Positions 9,949-19,118 of a stretch of 64,000 nucleotides of DNA are shown one piece after another; position 1 is the first letter of the stretch; each line of letters begins with the position of its first letter. The DNA is from an uncultured virus (IMG/VR IMGVR_UViG_3300010885_064105) (Duplodnaviria; Heunggongvirae; Uroviricota; Caudoviricetes). The notes beneath the pieces are model-generated. The model saw nothing but the letters and a program-made list of their open reading frames with translations. It did not search any database and was not told the DNA's origin. A program made the translations under genes and the position numbers. The stretch is taken from the IMG/VR virus record IMGVR_UViG_3300010885_064105, positions 1-64,000 of that record; one strand, 5' to 3'.

Positions 9949-10592
9949 TAGCATACTGCATTACTGTATATAACGAATTAGAAGAAATATCTAGATTACT
10001 AAGCATACTAGAATCTGTTAAGGAACCTGATGACGAAATAGTTATTATTCATACTTATAGAGACGAATTTGAAAAATTATCAAATAATTATGAACAAATA
10101 CAAGCAATCTGTAGACAGCATTCATCAGATTATTATAATTTTCATTTTCAAAATAATTTTGCCAACCTTAAAAACTACATGACAAGCAAAGTTTCTTCTG
10201 ATCAAAAATATATTTTTAATTTTGATGCTGATGAAACCATGAAACCTGAGATGCTAAAAGAACTAAGAAATTTATTAACAACAGAAGATATTGATTTATT
10301 ATATCTGCCCCGAATAAATATTGTTGATGGACTTACCGAAGAAGATATTCAAAAATGGAAATGGACCATTGATGAAAATGGCTGGATAAATTGGCCAGAT
10401 TATCAACCAAGAATCTATAAAAATAATGGATCTATTAAATGGACCAGCAAAGTACACGAGAGACTAGAGGGTTTTAAAAATTACGGCATTATAGAACCTG
10501 ATAGCAAAATAGCGATTATGCATAAAAAACATATAGACAAACAAAGAATGCAAAATGCCTTGTATGACCAAATAAATATCTCCAGAGATTAA
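9945..10592 (+). CDS. Glycosyltransferase, GT2/GT-A fold
   Basis: ITVYNE, NFANLKN, FDADE, WPDYQPRIY, VHE motifs. Confidence 0.85.
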   Translation: MIAYCITVYNELEEISRLLSILESVKEPDDEIVIIHTYRDEFEKLSNNYEQIQAICRQHSSDYYNFHFQNNFANLKNYMTSKVSSDQKYIFNFDADETMKPEMLKELRNLLTTEDIDLLYLPRINIVDGLTEEDIQKWKWTIDENGWINWPDYQPRIYKNNGSIKWTSKVHERLEGFKNYGIIEPDSKIAIMHKKHIDKQRMQNALYDQINISRD

Positions 10593-10596
10593 TTTA

Positions 10597-12402
10597 ATGA
10601 TCGATAATATTTCATTACTGGTTGGTTTAAAAAATAATCTTGATTATACAAAGTTATTCTACACAACAACGAGACAACTTTATCCTGACACGGAAATATG
10701 TTTTGTTAGTTATGACTCAACAGACGGAACAAATGAGTGGCTAGAAAACATTTTGCTCACAGATCTTAATGTTAAAATATTCTATAGAAATGATAAAACA
10801 AAGTCTTTTTCTGATACATATAATAAAGCTGTTGAAATAGCTACCAAAGAATATATAGTTTTTTTACACAATGATATTATTTTGTATACTCATTTTTTAG
10901 AAAATTTATCAAAACATTTGGCGCCAAATAATGTTGTATCATATACTACTATTGAGCATCCTCTTTTTGGGTGTCATGAAAGACCAGGAAAAATTATTTG
11001 CGATTGTGGAGATAGTCTAGTAACTTTTAATAGAATAAAATTCGAACACTTTGCAAAATCTACTATAGAAAACAATAAAGATAAAACAGAGCAAGGTATT
11101 TTTTTCTTTATGGCCTTGAAAAAAAGTATCTTTTTAAGAATAAACGGATTTGATAATTTATTCTTTCCATTTTTTAGGGAAGATGATGACTTTATTAAAA
11201 GATTAAAGATGCTGGAAAATATTGATTGTTTTACTTGCCTGGATTCTCTGTGTTATCATTTTATATCTAAAACTTCTAGATTTTCTGAAGAATATAAAGA
11301 TAGCACCAAAAATATAGAAAATAATAGCATTAGAAACTATATAAGGAAGTGGGGTTCTATCACAGAAGATTGCTTATACTATGTTTCGATAGTTGCTAAA
11401 AATTGCTCGCTCGAATCCGTTTCATTCCTAGAACCATTTGCACAAAATATTTTTATTGAAGACCCATATGCTAAAGAACTAATTAATGAATATATCAATA
11501 AAGAACAACAAAATACAAAAATAATACTTAAAAATAAGTTTCATTCTGATATAAATTTTTTACAACAATATCCACTCACCAATATAGTTATAATAGACTT
11601 TCATAAAATTGATTCAACAGATATAGAAAATATAAATAATATACAAAAAATTATTCATCAAATTAATAAAATTGGATTACATAAACTAAATAATTTAATG
11701 ATTAAACTAAACAATTTTGATAGAATAGAAAAATATAAAATTGGAGACAAAAAATATACTATTGATAATTATCTCAATAGAACTAGTAAACAGAGATGGG
11801 ATATAATAAATTATTTGATTAAAAAAAATCAATATGATACATATTTAGAAATTGGAGTTAATGATGGACTATGTATTCGTCAAATTGATATTGCTAACAA
11901 AGATGGTGTAGACCCATCTCCAGGATCTGAAGTTGGAGGAATGGTTGTTCCAGAAGTAAATTATTGTATGTCTTCTGATGATTTCTTTTTGTCTATAGAT
12001 GAACATCAAAAATATGACATTATTTTTATAGATGGATTACATAATTCCATACAGGTTGATAAAGATATAATAAACTCACTTAAACATCTTAATAAGAATG
12101 GAATTATTGTTCTTCATGATTGTAATCCTCCAACATATGAATTACAAGCAATACCTCGTGTAACAGGATTATGGAATGGTGACGTTTGGAAATCAATAGC
12201 CAAACTAAGATGTACAAGATCAGACCTCAAAGTTAGTGTTATTGATACCGATTGGGGCATAGGCATAGTACATCCAGGATCTCAGAAAATATATGATAGT
12301 TTAAAGTTCGAAGACATTAAAAATAATTGGCAATATTTTGACAACAATAGAGAAGAAATATTAAATATTATCTCATTGGATCAATTTTATGAACTATACT
12401 AA
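10597..12402 (+). CDS. GT2 glycosyltransferase fused to a class I SAM-dependent methyltransferase
   Basis: N-terminal STDGT, FLHND, GFD..F.EDDD; C-terminal YLEIGV, YDIIFIDGLH, IVLHDCNP, WNGDVWK. Confidence 0.85.
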   Translation: MIDNISLLVGLKNNLDYTKLFYTTTRQLYPDTEICFVSYDSTDGTNEWLENILLTDLNVKIFYRNDKTKSFSDTYNKAVEIATKEYIVFLHNDIILYTHFLENLSKHLAPNNVVSYTTIEHPLFGCHERPGKIICDCGDSLVTFNRIKFEHFAKSTIENNKDKTEQGIFFFMALKKSIFLRINGFDNLFFPFFREDDDFIKRLKMLENIDCFTCLDSLCYHFISKTSRFSEEYKDSTKNIENNSIRNYIRKWGSITEDCLYYVSIVAKNCSLESVSFLEPFAQNIFIEDPYAKELINEYINKEQQNTKIILKNKFHSDINFLQQYPLTNIVIIDFHKIDSTDIENINNIQKIIHQINKIGLHKLNNLMIKLNNFDRIEKYKIGDKKYTIDNYLNRTSKQRWDIINYLIKKNQYDTYLEIGVNDGLCIRQIDIANKDGVDPSPGSEVGGMVVPEVNYCMSSDDFFLSIDEHQKYDIIFIDGLHNSIQVDKDIINSLKHLNKNGIIVLHDCNPPTYELQAIPRVTGLWNGDVWKSIAKLRCTRSDLKVSVIDTDWGIGIVHPGSQKIYDSLKFEDIKNNWQYFDNNREEILNIISLDQFYELY

Positions 12403-12694
12403 TCATAATGTCATTTATATTTTTTGTAATCCTAAAAGAAATTCTAAAATAATAGAGTCGAATTTCAATAATGCCACGACAGATATTTTGCTCATACGTA
12501 TATTGGAAAACTCATTGATGACGAAACTAGGACTACTGAGTAATGAGCATTACTATGACGTAGACATGCGTAATCTATAAATATGCATAATATCCTTGTG
12601 TTTTTAGTAGAATCTGGCAATTTCGGCAAAATGATAGCGTAAAAAAATTTCTCTTTCCTGAGACTCCCGAGGCTCTAGTATACGATACAGTCGT

Positions 12695-12702
12695 GGTGTA
12701 TA
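12695..12702 (+). promoter_or_regulatory. GGTGTATA motif, candidate phage-specific promoter element
   Basis: Intergenic, 47 bp upstream of nrdB ATG 12742. Confidence 0.5.
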
Positions 12703-12741
12703 TGGAACGTATTCCAATAATCCGACTAATAAAGGTGCCAT

Positions 12742-13713
12742 ATGATTTTTGAAGAACAAATTACAAGAAAACCAGATAATTATCCATGGACACAAGAATT
12801 TATAGAAGCAATGCATACTGGATTTTGGACCGATAAGGAATTTAATTTTCAAAGCGACATCCAGGACTTTAGAGTTAATCTTTCTATACAAGAACAAGAA
12901 ATTATCACAAGAGCGTTATCCACCATAGGCCAGTTAGAAATCAGTGTCAAAAAATTCTGGGCAAAACTAGGAGACAATCTCCCACACCCATCATTAAACG
13001 ATATGGGCTATGTGATGGCTAATACAGAAGTTATTCATGGTGATGCATATGAAAGATTATTGGAAGTCTTAGGCATTCAAGATAGTTTTGATGAAATTCT
13101 AAAATTGGACATTATTAAAGGTCGTGTCAATTATCTGAGAAAACATCTTCATAAGTTTCACAATGACAACAAAAGACAGTTCATTTATTCTTTGATTCTA
13201 TTTACTTTATTTGTTGAAAATATTGCTCTATTTTCTCAGTTTTATACTATCGGTTTTTTTGGCCGGTATAAAAATTTATTAAAAGATACCAATAAACAGG
13301 TTGAATATACTTCTAGAGAAGAAAATCTTCATGCTATTATTGGTGTTAAAATCATTAATACAATTAAACAAGAGCACCCTGAGCTGTTTGACAATGAATT
13401 AAAAAATAAGGTCTTACACGAAGCAAGAGATGCCGTAAAATACGAATGCCAGATCATTGAATGGATAGTTAATGGCTATGACCACGAAAAGTTAAATTCT
13501 GACCTTTTGAAAGAATTTATAAAAAACAGAATGAATGATTCACTTAAACAAATAGGGTATGATAGCATTTTTGAAACCGACCAGGAGGTTATTGCTCAAA
13601 CAACATGGTTTGATGAGCAAATTCTAGGAAATAATATGACTGACTTTTTTCATAGTAGACCAGTAGAATATGCAAAATCGGCCCAAAGTTTTGATGTTAC
13701 GGATCTTTTTTAA
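12742..13713 (+). CDS. nrdB: Ribonucleotide reductase class I beta subunit (class Id-like)
   Basis: Ferritin-like ligands QLEISVK, EVIHGDAY, VENIALFSQF, REENLH; C-terminal DFFHSRPVEY. Confidence 0.93.
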   Translation: MIFEEQITRKPDNYPWTQEFIEAMHTGFWTDKEFNFQSDIQDFRVNLSIQEQEIITRALSTIGQLEISVKKFWAKLGDNLPHPSLNDMGYVMANTEVIHGDAYERLLEVLGIQDSFDEILKLDIIKGRVNYLRKHLHKFHNDNKRQFIYSLILFTLFVENIALFSQFYTIGFFGRYKNLLKDTNKQVEYTSREENLHAIIGVKIINTIKQEHPELFDNELKNKVLHEARDAVKYECQIIEWIVNGYDHEKLNSDLLKEFIKNRMNDSLKQIGYDSIFETDQEVIAQTTWFDEQILGNNMTDFFHSRPVEYAKSAQSFDVTDLF

Positions 13714-13732
13714 TTAGAACGGAATTTAGATA

Positions 13733-15382
13733 ATGCATAAGAAGTACTATTGGCTCAATTCGCATAGTCGTATTTTTCTAGAGAGAGGCTATATTGAACA
13801 AGGTGGCACTCCAGAAAAAAGAATCAGAGACATAGCAGAGAATGCTGAAAGAATATTGAAGATTGAAGGATTTGCAGATAAATTTGAAGACTATATGAGT
13901 AGAGGCTTCTTCTCATTAGCAACCCCTGTGTGGACTAATTTTGGAAATGCTCGTGGTCTTCCAGTATCATGTTTTAATTCCTATATCTCTGACACAATGC
14001 AATCTATCCTACAAAAAGTTGCAGAAGTAGGAATGATGAGTAAGCTTGGAGGAGGAACAAGTGGATTTTTTGGTGATCTTAGAGCTAGAGGATCTTCTAT
14101 AAGTGTTGGTGGAGAATCTAGTGGGCCTGTTCATTTTATGGAACTATTCGATAAAGTAGCAGAAGTTGTAAGTCAGGGATCAGCTAGAAGAGGATCTTTT
14201 GCAGCATATCTGCCAGTGGAACATTCGGACATAGAAGAATTTTTACAGATTCGCTCAGAGGGACACAGTATTCAAAATATGAGTATTGGAGTCACCATTG
14301 GTGATGATTGGATGAAAAAGATGCTTGCTGGAGATAAAGAAAAAAGACAAATATGGGCCAAGATCATACAAAAAAGATTTGAAACAGGCTATCCTTATAT
14401 TATGTTTACAGACACAGTAAATAAGGAAGCTCCACAAGTATATAAAGATAAAAATCTCATTATTAAAAGCTCTAATCTATGTTCAGAAATCGAATTAGCT
14501 TCTGATGAAAATAATTCATTTGTTTGTGTGCTATCTTCTTTAAATTTATTACATTGGGATGAAATAGAAAAAACTGATGCAGTAGAGACATTAGTTTATT
14601 TTCTAGATGCAGTAAATGAAGAATTCATACAAAAGACTAAAGATATTCCATTTATGGCAACTGCACATAATTTTGCTAGGACACAAAGAGCTTTAGGTAT
14701 GGGTGCTCTTGGCTGGCATTCTCTACTTCAATATAAGATGATATCTTTTGAATCTATGAAAGCTAAAAGTTTAAATGCGTCAATATGGAAAATAATAAGA
14801 GACAAAGCAGACAAAGCTTCTTTTGAATTAGCTGAAAAATTTGGAGAGCCAGAATTATTAAAAGGATATGGTCGAAGAAACGTTACCACTCTATCTGTGG
14901 CTCCAACTACATCTAGCTCTTTTATTTTGGGACAAGTAAGTCCATCAATAGAGCCTTTAAACTCAAACTACTTTGTTAAAAAATTAGCTAAAGGTAGTTT
15001 CACTTATAAAAATCCATATTTGAAAAAACTCCTCAAAGATAAAGATCAAGATAATGATGAAATATGGAAGACAATCCTAGTAAGAGGAGGATCTGTACAA
15101 CATTTGGATTTCTTATCTCAAGAAGAAAAAGATATTTTTAAAACCTTTGGTGAGATTAGTCAAAAAGAAATAGTGATACAAAATATACAAAGACAAAAAT
15201 ATATAGATCAGTCCATATCTCTTAACTTAATGATTCCACCTAATTGTCCAGCTAAAGAAGTGAGCGAGCTATTGATTTATGGCTGGGAAAATGGTATCAA
15301 AACTTTTTACTATCAAAGATCATCCAATCCTGCTCAAGAATTAACAAGAAGCATTTTAACCTGTTCATCATGTGAGGCATAA
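13733..15382 (+). CDS. nrdA: Ribonucleotide reductase class I alpha subunit (short, no ATP cone)
   Basis: GLPVSCF, SNLCSEI, APTTSSS, KTFYYQRS, C-terminal CSSC. Confidence 0.95.
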   Translation: MHKKYYWLNSHSRIFLERGYIEQGGTPEKRIRDIAENAERILKIEGFADKFEDYMSRGFFSLATPVWTNFGNARGLPVSCFNSYISDTMQSILQKVAEVGMMSKLGGGTSGFFGDLRARGSSISVGGESSGPVHFMELFDKVAEVVSQGSARRGSFAAYLPVEHSDIEEFLQIRSEGHSIQNMSIGVTIGDDWMKKMLAGDKEKRQIWAKIIQKRFETGYPYIMFTDTVNKEAPQVYKDKNLIIKSSNLCSEIELASDENNSFVCVLSSLNLLHWDEIEKTDAVETLVYFLDAVNEEFIQKTKDIPFMATAHNFARTQRALGMGALGWHSLLQYKMISFESMKAKSLNASIWKIIRDKADKASFELAEKFGEPELLKGYGRRNVTTLSVAPTTSSSFILGQVSPSIEPLNSNYFVKKLAKGSFTYKNPYLKKLLKDKDQDNDEIWKTILVRGGSVQHLDFLSQEEKDIFKTFGEISQKEIVIQNIQRQKYIDQSISLNLMIPPNCPAKEVSELLIYGWENGIKTFYYQRSSNPAQELTRSILTCSSCEA

Positions 15383-15808
15383 GTGATTAAAATTAAAAAA
15401 CTAAATGAAGCAGCCAAGATACCCTTTAGAGCTAATGAAACTGATGCTGGTGCGGACTTATGCTCCATTGAATCTGTTGTTATAGCTCCACTATCAAGGG
15501 CTTTAATAAAAACAGGAATTAGTATCGAAATTCCAAAAAATTATTATGGTAGAATTGCGCCACGATCCGGACTAGCTTTTAAAAATGGTATTGATGTCTT
15601 AGCTGGAGTTATAGACAGCTCTTATAGAGGAGAGATTGGGGTTATTCTTTTTAATACAGACAAACACAATGATTTTGTAGTTAATCAAGGAGACAGAATA
15701 GCTCAATTAATTATTGAAGCACATTATAATATGTCTTTTTCAGAAAATGACAACTTAACAGATACGGAAAGAGGTAATGGTGGTTTTGGTTCTACCGGAG
15801 TGAGTTAA
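15383..15808 (+). CDS. dut: Trimeric dUTPase
   Basis: AGADL, PRSG, GVIDSSYRGE, RIAQL, RGNGGFGSTG motifs. Confidence 0.96.
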   Translation: MIKIKKLNEAAKIPFRANETDAGADLCSIESVVIAPLSRALIKTGISIEIPKNYYGRIAPRSGLAFKNGIDVLAGVIDSSYRGEIGVILFNTDKHNDFVVNQGDRIAQLIIEAHYNMSFSENDNLTDTERGNGGFGSTGVS

Positions 15809-15829
15809 GATTATCATTTATTTTTATAT

Positions 15830-15837
15830 GGTGTATT
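15830..15837 (+). promoter_or_regulatory. GGTGTATT motif variant, candidate promoter element
   Basis: Intergenic, 53 bp upstream of phoH start 15883. Confidence 0.45.
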
Positions 15838-15882
15838 ATAAGGAACAAGAGTTATTTTACATCTATTAATAAGGGCTCACTC

Positions 15883-16617
15883 TTGAAAAAAAATAATAAA
15901 AGGTCATCTAAAAGACCTAGGGTTGTTGATGCTACTAATGAGATTGTGCAACAAGGAGCGGCTTATAGGAATAGATTAAAGCCAAGAAGTGAAAATCAAA
16001 AAGAATACATTAGAAGCATAGCTGAAAATCATATAACATTTTGTCAAGGAGCAGCTGGTAGCGGCAAAACGCACTGTGCTATTGGTTTAGCTTTAGAATA
16101 TTTACTAGATGACAAAGTTAAAAAAATTATTATCACAAGACCAATAGTTGAGAGTGGAGAAAAGATAGGATATTTACCAGGAACAGCAGAAGAAAAAATA
16201 CATCCATATTTACTGCCCATACTAGATGAAGTAAATCATTTTATCTCAACAGCTCAATATACTTCTCTTAAACTAAATAACAAAATAGAAATTGTTCCAC
16301 TTGGATTAATGAGAGGTAGAAATTTTAACAACTGTTTTATTGTTGCTGATGAATGTCAAAATGCTTCTTATGAACAACTTAAAATGTTAATAACAAGACT
16401 AGGCAAAGATAGCAAAATGGTTCTAACAGGCGATATTGGTCAGTCTGATCTACAAAGACATCTCCAAGGAGGATTTTTAGAGATGATAGAACAGTTAGAG
16501 ACTATAGAAGGCATAGCAGTTGCCAGACTTCAATTTTCAGATATTGTAAGAAATCCAATCATAGCAAAAATTCTTGTTCGTTTAGACGCCTACGAAAATG
16601 AAACAACAAAACAGTAA
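15883..16617 (+). CDS. phoH: PhoH family ATPase
   Basis: GAAGSGKT, TRP, GYLPG, MRGRNF, DECQN, TRLG, GDIGQSD, DIVRNP. Confidence 0.95.
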   Translation: MKKNNKRSSKRPRVVDATNEIVQQGAAYRNRLKPRSENQKEYIRSIAENHITFCQGAAGSGKTHCAIGLALEYLLDDKVKKIIITRPIVESGEKIGYLPGTAEEKIHPYLLPILDEVNHFISTAQYTSLKLNNKIEIVPLGLMRGRNFNNCFIVADECQNASYEQLKMLITRLGKDSKMVLTGDIGQSDLQRHLQGGFLEMIEQLETIEGIAVARLQFSDIVRNPIIAKILVRLDAYENETTKQ

Positions 16618-17179
16618 ATGTCTTGTACTTAATGCTGATTATAGTCCATTAGGTATAATTAGTTGGAAAAGAGCTTTGGTATGGTCTTTCAGGTATGCTG
16701 AAAATCCAAAGACTGGCATGGAAATTATAGACTTTTATAAAGATGATTATATTTGTGGTACCAATAATAAAAAAATTCCAATACCAGCAGTTGCTAAAAC
16801 CGCTAGATATTTTAGGAATAACAATCAAAAAGTAAATTTTTGTAGGAAAAATCTTTTTATAAGAGATAATTATAGCTGTCAATATTGTGGCATAAAAAAA
16901 CATATCAATGAATTAACATACGATCATGTTATTCACAAATCTGTTTGGACACAACAGATGGGATCTCCTACTTGTTGGACAAATATAGTAACAGCATGTG
17001 TAGTATGTAACAGGAGAAAAGGTAATAGAACTCCAAAACAGGCTAACATGCCTTTAAAAAATATGCCTACGGCGCCCAATAAGTGTCCAAAATACTTGCC
17101 GATCACCAACCAGCTCCTTAATATAAGAAGCGACATCCCTACAGAGTGGGCTGTTTATTTACCAGAATCCTATATATAA
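16598..17179 (+). CDS. HNH endonuclease
   Basis: LVLNADY, RDNYSCQYCG, DHV, WTNIVTACVVCNRRKG. Confidence 0.9.
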   Translation: MKQQNSKCLVLNADYSPLGIISWKRALVWSFRYAENPKTGMEIIDFYKDDYICGTNNKKIPIPAVAKTARYFRNNNQKVNFCRKNLFIRDNYSCQYCGIKKHINELTYDHVIHKSVWTQQMGSPTCWTNIVTACVVCNRRKGNRTPKQANMPLKNMPTAPNKCPKYLPITNQLLNIRSDIPTEWAVYLPESYI

Positions 17180-17182
17180 AAC

Positions 17183-17536
17183 ATGCCTACTTATTCATAT
17201 TTTTGTAATAAATGTCAAACTAAATTTGAAATTTTTTGTAGTATCAAAGACTATGTAGAAAATGCCTCATGTGAGTATTGCAAGAAGAATAAAAATACTT
17301 ATAGGCTATATATTGAAGACGTATCAACCCTTAGCACATCTATCAAAAAAAATGATAGTGAACTTAAAACAATAGGTGATTTAGCAAATAGAAATAGAGA
17401 CAGATTGAGTGAAGATCATAAAACAGAATTAGAAAAAAAACATAATAGCTATAAAGAAGAAGTCTCTAATAAACAATTACCAAAAGGTATGTCTAGAATA
17501 AAAAAACCAAAAATTAAATACAAATGGAATGGATAA
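17183..17536 (+). CDS. FmdB-like zinc-ribbon protein
   Basis: MPTYSYFCNKC...FE...CEYC. Confidence 0.8.
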   Translation: MPTYSYFCNKCQTKFEIFCSIKDYVENASCEYCKKNKNTYRLYIEDVSTLSTSIKKNDSELKTIGDLANRNRDRLSEDHKTELEKKHNSYKEEVSNKQLPKGMSRIKKPKIKYKWNG

Positions 17537-17553
17537 ACATAAGGAATTATACA

Positions 17554-17946
17554 ATGGATAATTTTATTTTTAAGCCTAGTAGTTTATTTACTAAAAAAGA
17601 CAATATTGAAGAAATAACAGAATTATATACATTGATAGGCACAGAATCTTTTATTGATGAAGCAAATAAAGCGAGATCCAAAGAAGAAAATAATACTGTC
17701 CTAGCAAAAAAAATAATAAGAAAAAATGGTTCAATTAAATATACCATAAGACTTGGAAATAATGGGAAATTTTATAATCCAATATCAATTTATGGTCAGG
17801 AAAAGACACATACTTTTTTAAATAGAATATGCAGATCTAATGATAAATTTAAAGAGGTAGGACAAAAGGTTTTTAATATGTATGTAGAATTTCTTAATAC
17901 AAAAAATATTTCACTGCTAATTAATGCAGAAAGGGAACATGAATAA
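17554..17946 (+). CDS. Hypothetical protein
   Basis: AAGGA RBS before ATG 17554; TAATG coupling to next gene. Confidence 0.7.
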   Translation: MDNFIFKPSSLFTKKDNIEEITELYTLIGTESFIDEANKARSKEENNTVLAKKIIRKNGSIKYTIRLGNNGKFYNPISIYGQEKTHTFLNRICRSNDKFKEVGQKVFNMYVEFLNTKNISLLINAEREHE

Positions 17947-18287
17947 TGGCAAGAATTAATAAAATGCAGAAATACGCTATCCTATGGTTAAATAGCGAAG
18001 GACATGATATTGATTATATAGTATCAGAAACAAAACTAAGTAAAACACAAATCACAAATACTATAACAGAACAAAATAATAAAATTGCTGAAAAGGGCTT
18101 GAAAACAAAAACCTCTCCGGTAAATGGTTCTCGGTCTAAAAATTTAATGATCACCGAAACTTCTAATAAAACTCGTAATGTGGCAGTAATGACCAAGGAA
18201 GCATCTCAACTAAATGACGATCTTAAAAAAAATATAACATCAACAACTAAAACGCAAACAGGAATCTATAGACCATATAGCAAATAA
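17946..18287 (+). CDS. Hypothetical protein with possible N-terminal HTH
   Basis: GHDIDYIVSETKLSKTQITN resembles a helix-turn-helix. Confidence 0.6.
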   Translation: MARINKMQKYAILWLNSEGHDIDYIVSETKLSKTQITNTITEQNNKIAEKGLKTKTSPVNGSRSKNLMITETSNKTRNVAVMTKEASQLNDDLKKNITSTTKTQTGIYRPYSK

Positions 18288-18289
18288 TT

Positions 18290-18712
18290 ATGACAGATTT
18301 TTTTCAAAGTGTTGTAAATGAATTATCTGAAGAAGAAAAAGAAATTCTAGATAAAATACAAACAAAGATATTAGCTAGTTTGGAAAATGAAAAAGATGAA
18401 AAAAACAAAAAATTAGAGGAAATTACTGATCCATATGTTGATTTATCTGAAGACCATCCCGATATTATTCAGAAAAAGAATTTAACTGGTTTCCCAAATG
18501 AGCTAATTTTTACAGTTAAAGCCGAAGTATCTCAAATCGGCGAACAAAGACAATTATTATCTATAGTTGATATAATAGAAAAATTTTATCATATACCTTT
18601 AGATATAAATAGTGATTATAAATCTCATGTAGATAATTTTTTAAATAAATTTCATAGCACTTTGGAAGAATCTTGCAGGATTATTCACTCAAATAAACAA
18701 AATGAAAAATGA
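18290..18712 (+). CDS. Hypothetical acidic protein
   Basis: 140-aa ORF in a packed operon. Confidence 0.65.
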   Translation: MTDFFQSVVNELSEEEKEILDKIQTKILASLENEKDEKNKKLEEITDPYVDLSEDHPDIIQKKNLTGFPNELIFTVKAEVSQIGEQRQLLSIVDIIEKFYHIPLDINSDYKSHVDNFLNKFHSTLEESCRIIHSNKQNEK

Positions 18713-19118
18713 TACTTATCTATCTCGATACTCTAATGATAAACCAGTATCGGCAGCTCAGTTTATAACAGAGATTATTTGTGAAAGAAAAGCCTTATCG
18801 CAAAAAGAAGATTTGCATTATAGATTTTGGATAGAAAAAAAATGGGCATCATTTTATAGTAATCAAATAGGTTCAGCACATAAGCTTCTTAAAAAGTATA
18901 GCTCTAAAGCAATAGTAAAGGCTCTAGGCACAGACGCGGGAAGAAGAATATATTCTTTGCGAGCACCCCACCTACCAGCTATCATAGAACAGCAGGAGGC
19001 TCTTATAGCTTCAGAGAATAAAAAAATTACTCTACAAATTGAACGAAATACTCAAGTTAAATTTGGCGCCTCTCAAAATAATAATAACATTATTTCCAAA
19101 CTAAAGGATCTAGAATAA
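18702..19118 (+). CDS. Hypothetical protein
   Basis: 138-aa ORF, TAATG-coupled to the recA-like gene. Confidence 0.7.
   Translation: MKNDTYLSRYSNDKPVSAAQFITEIICERKALSQKEDLHYRFWIEKKWASFYSNQIGSAHKLLKKYSSKAIVKALGTDAGRRIYSLRAPHLPAIIEQQEALIASENKKITLQIERNTQVKFGASQNNNNIISKLKDLE

Noticed and set aside
12510..12530. TGATGA...GAAA resembling a hammerhead ribozyme core
   Set aside because: Lacks CUGANGA and any stem II or flanking stems
12389..12580. 63-aa ORF after the GT2-MTase gene
   Set aside because: No RBS or motif; cannot be supported as a gene
12604..12897. 97-aa minus-strand ORF
   Set aside because: Antisense to nrdB and its upstream region; shadow ORF
15380..15385. In-frame nrdA-dut junction (TAA GTG) as readthrough or alternative code
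   Set aside because: Both proteins have complete native termini; all three stop codons end genes normally elsewhere in the window
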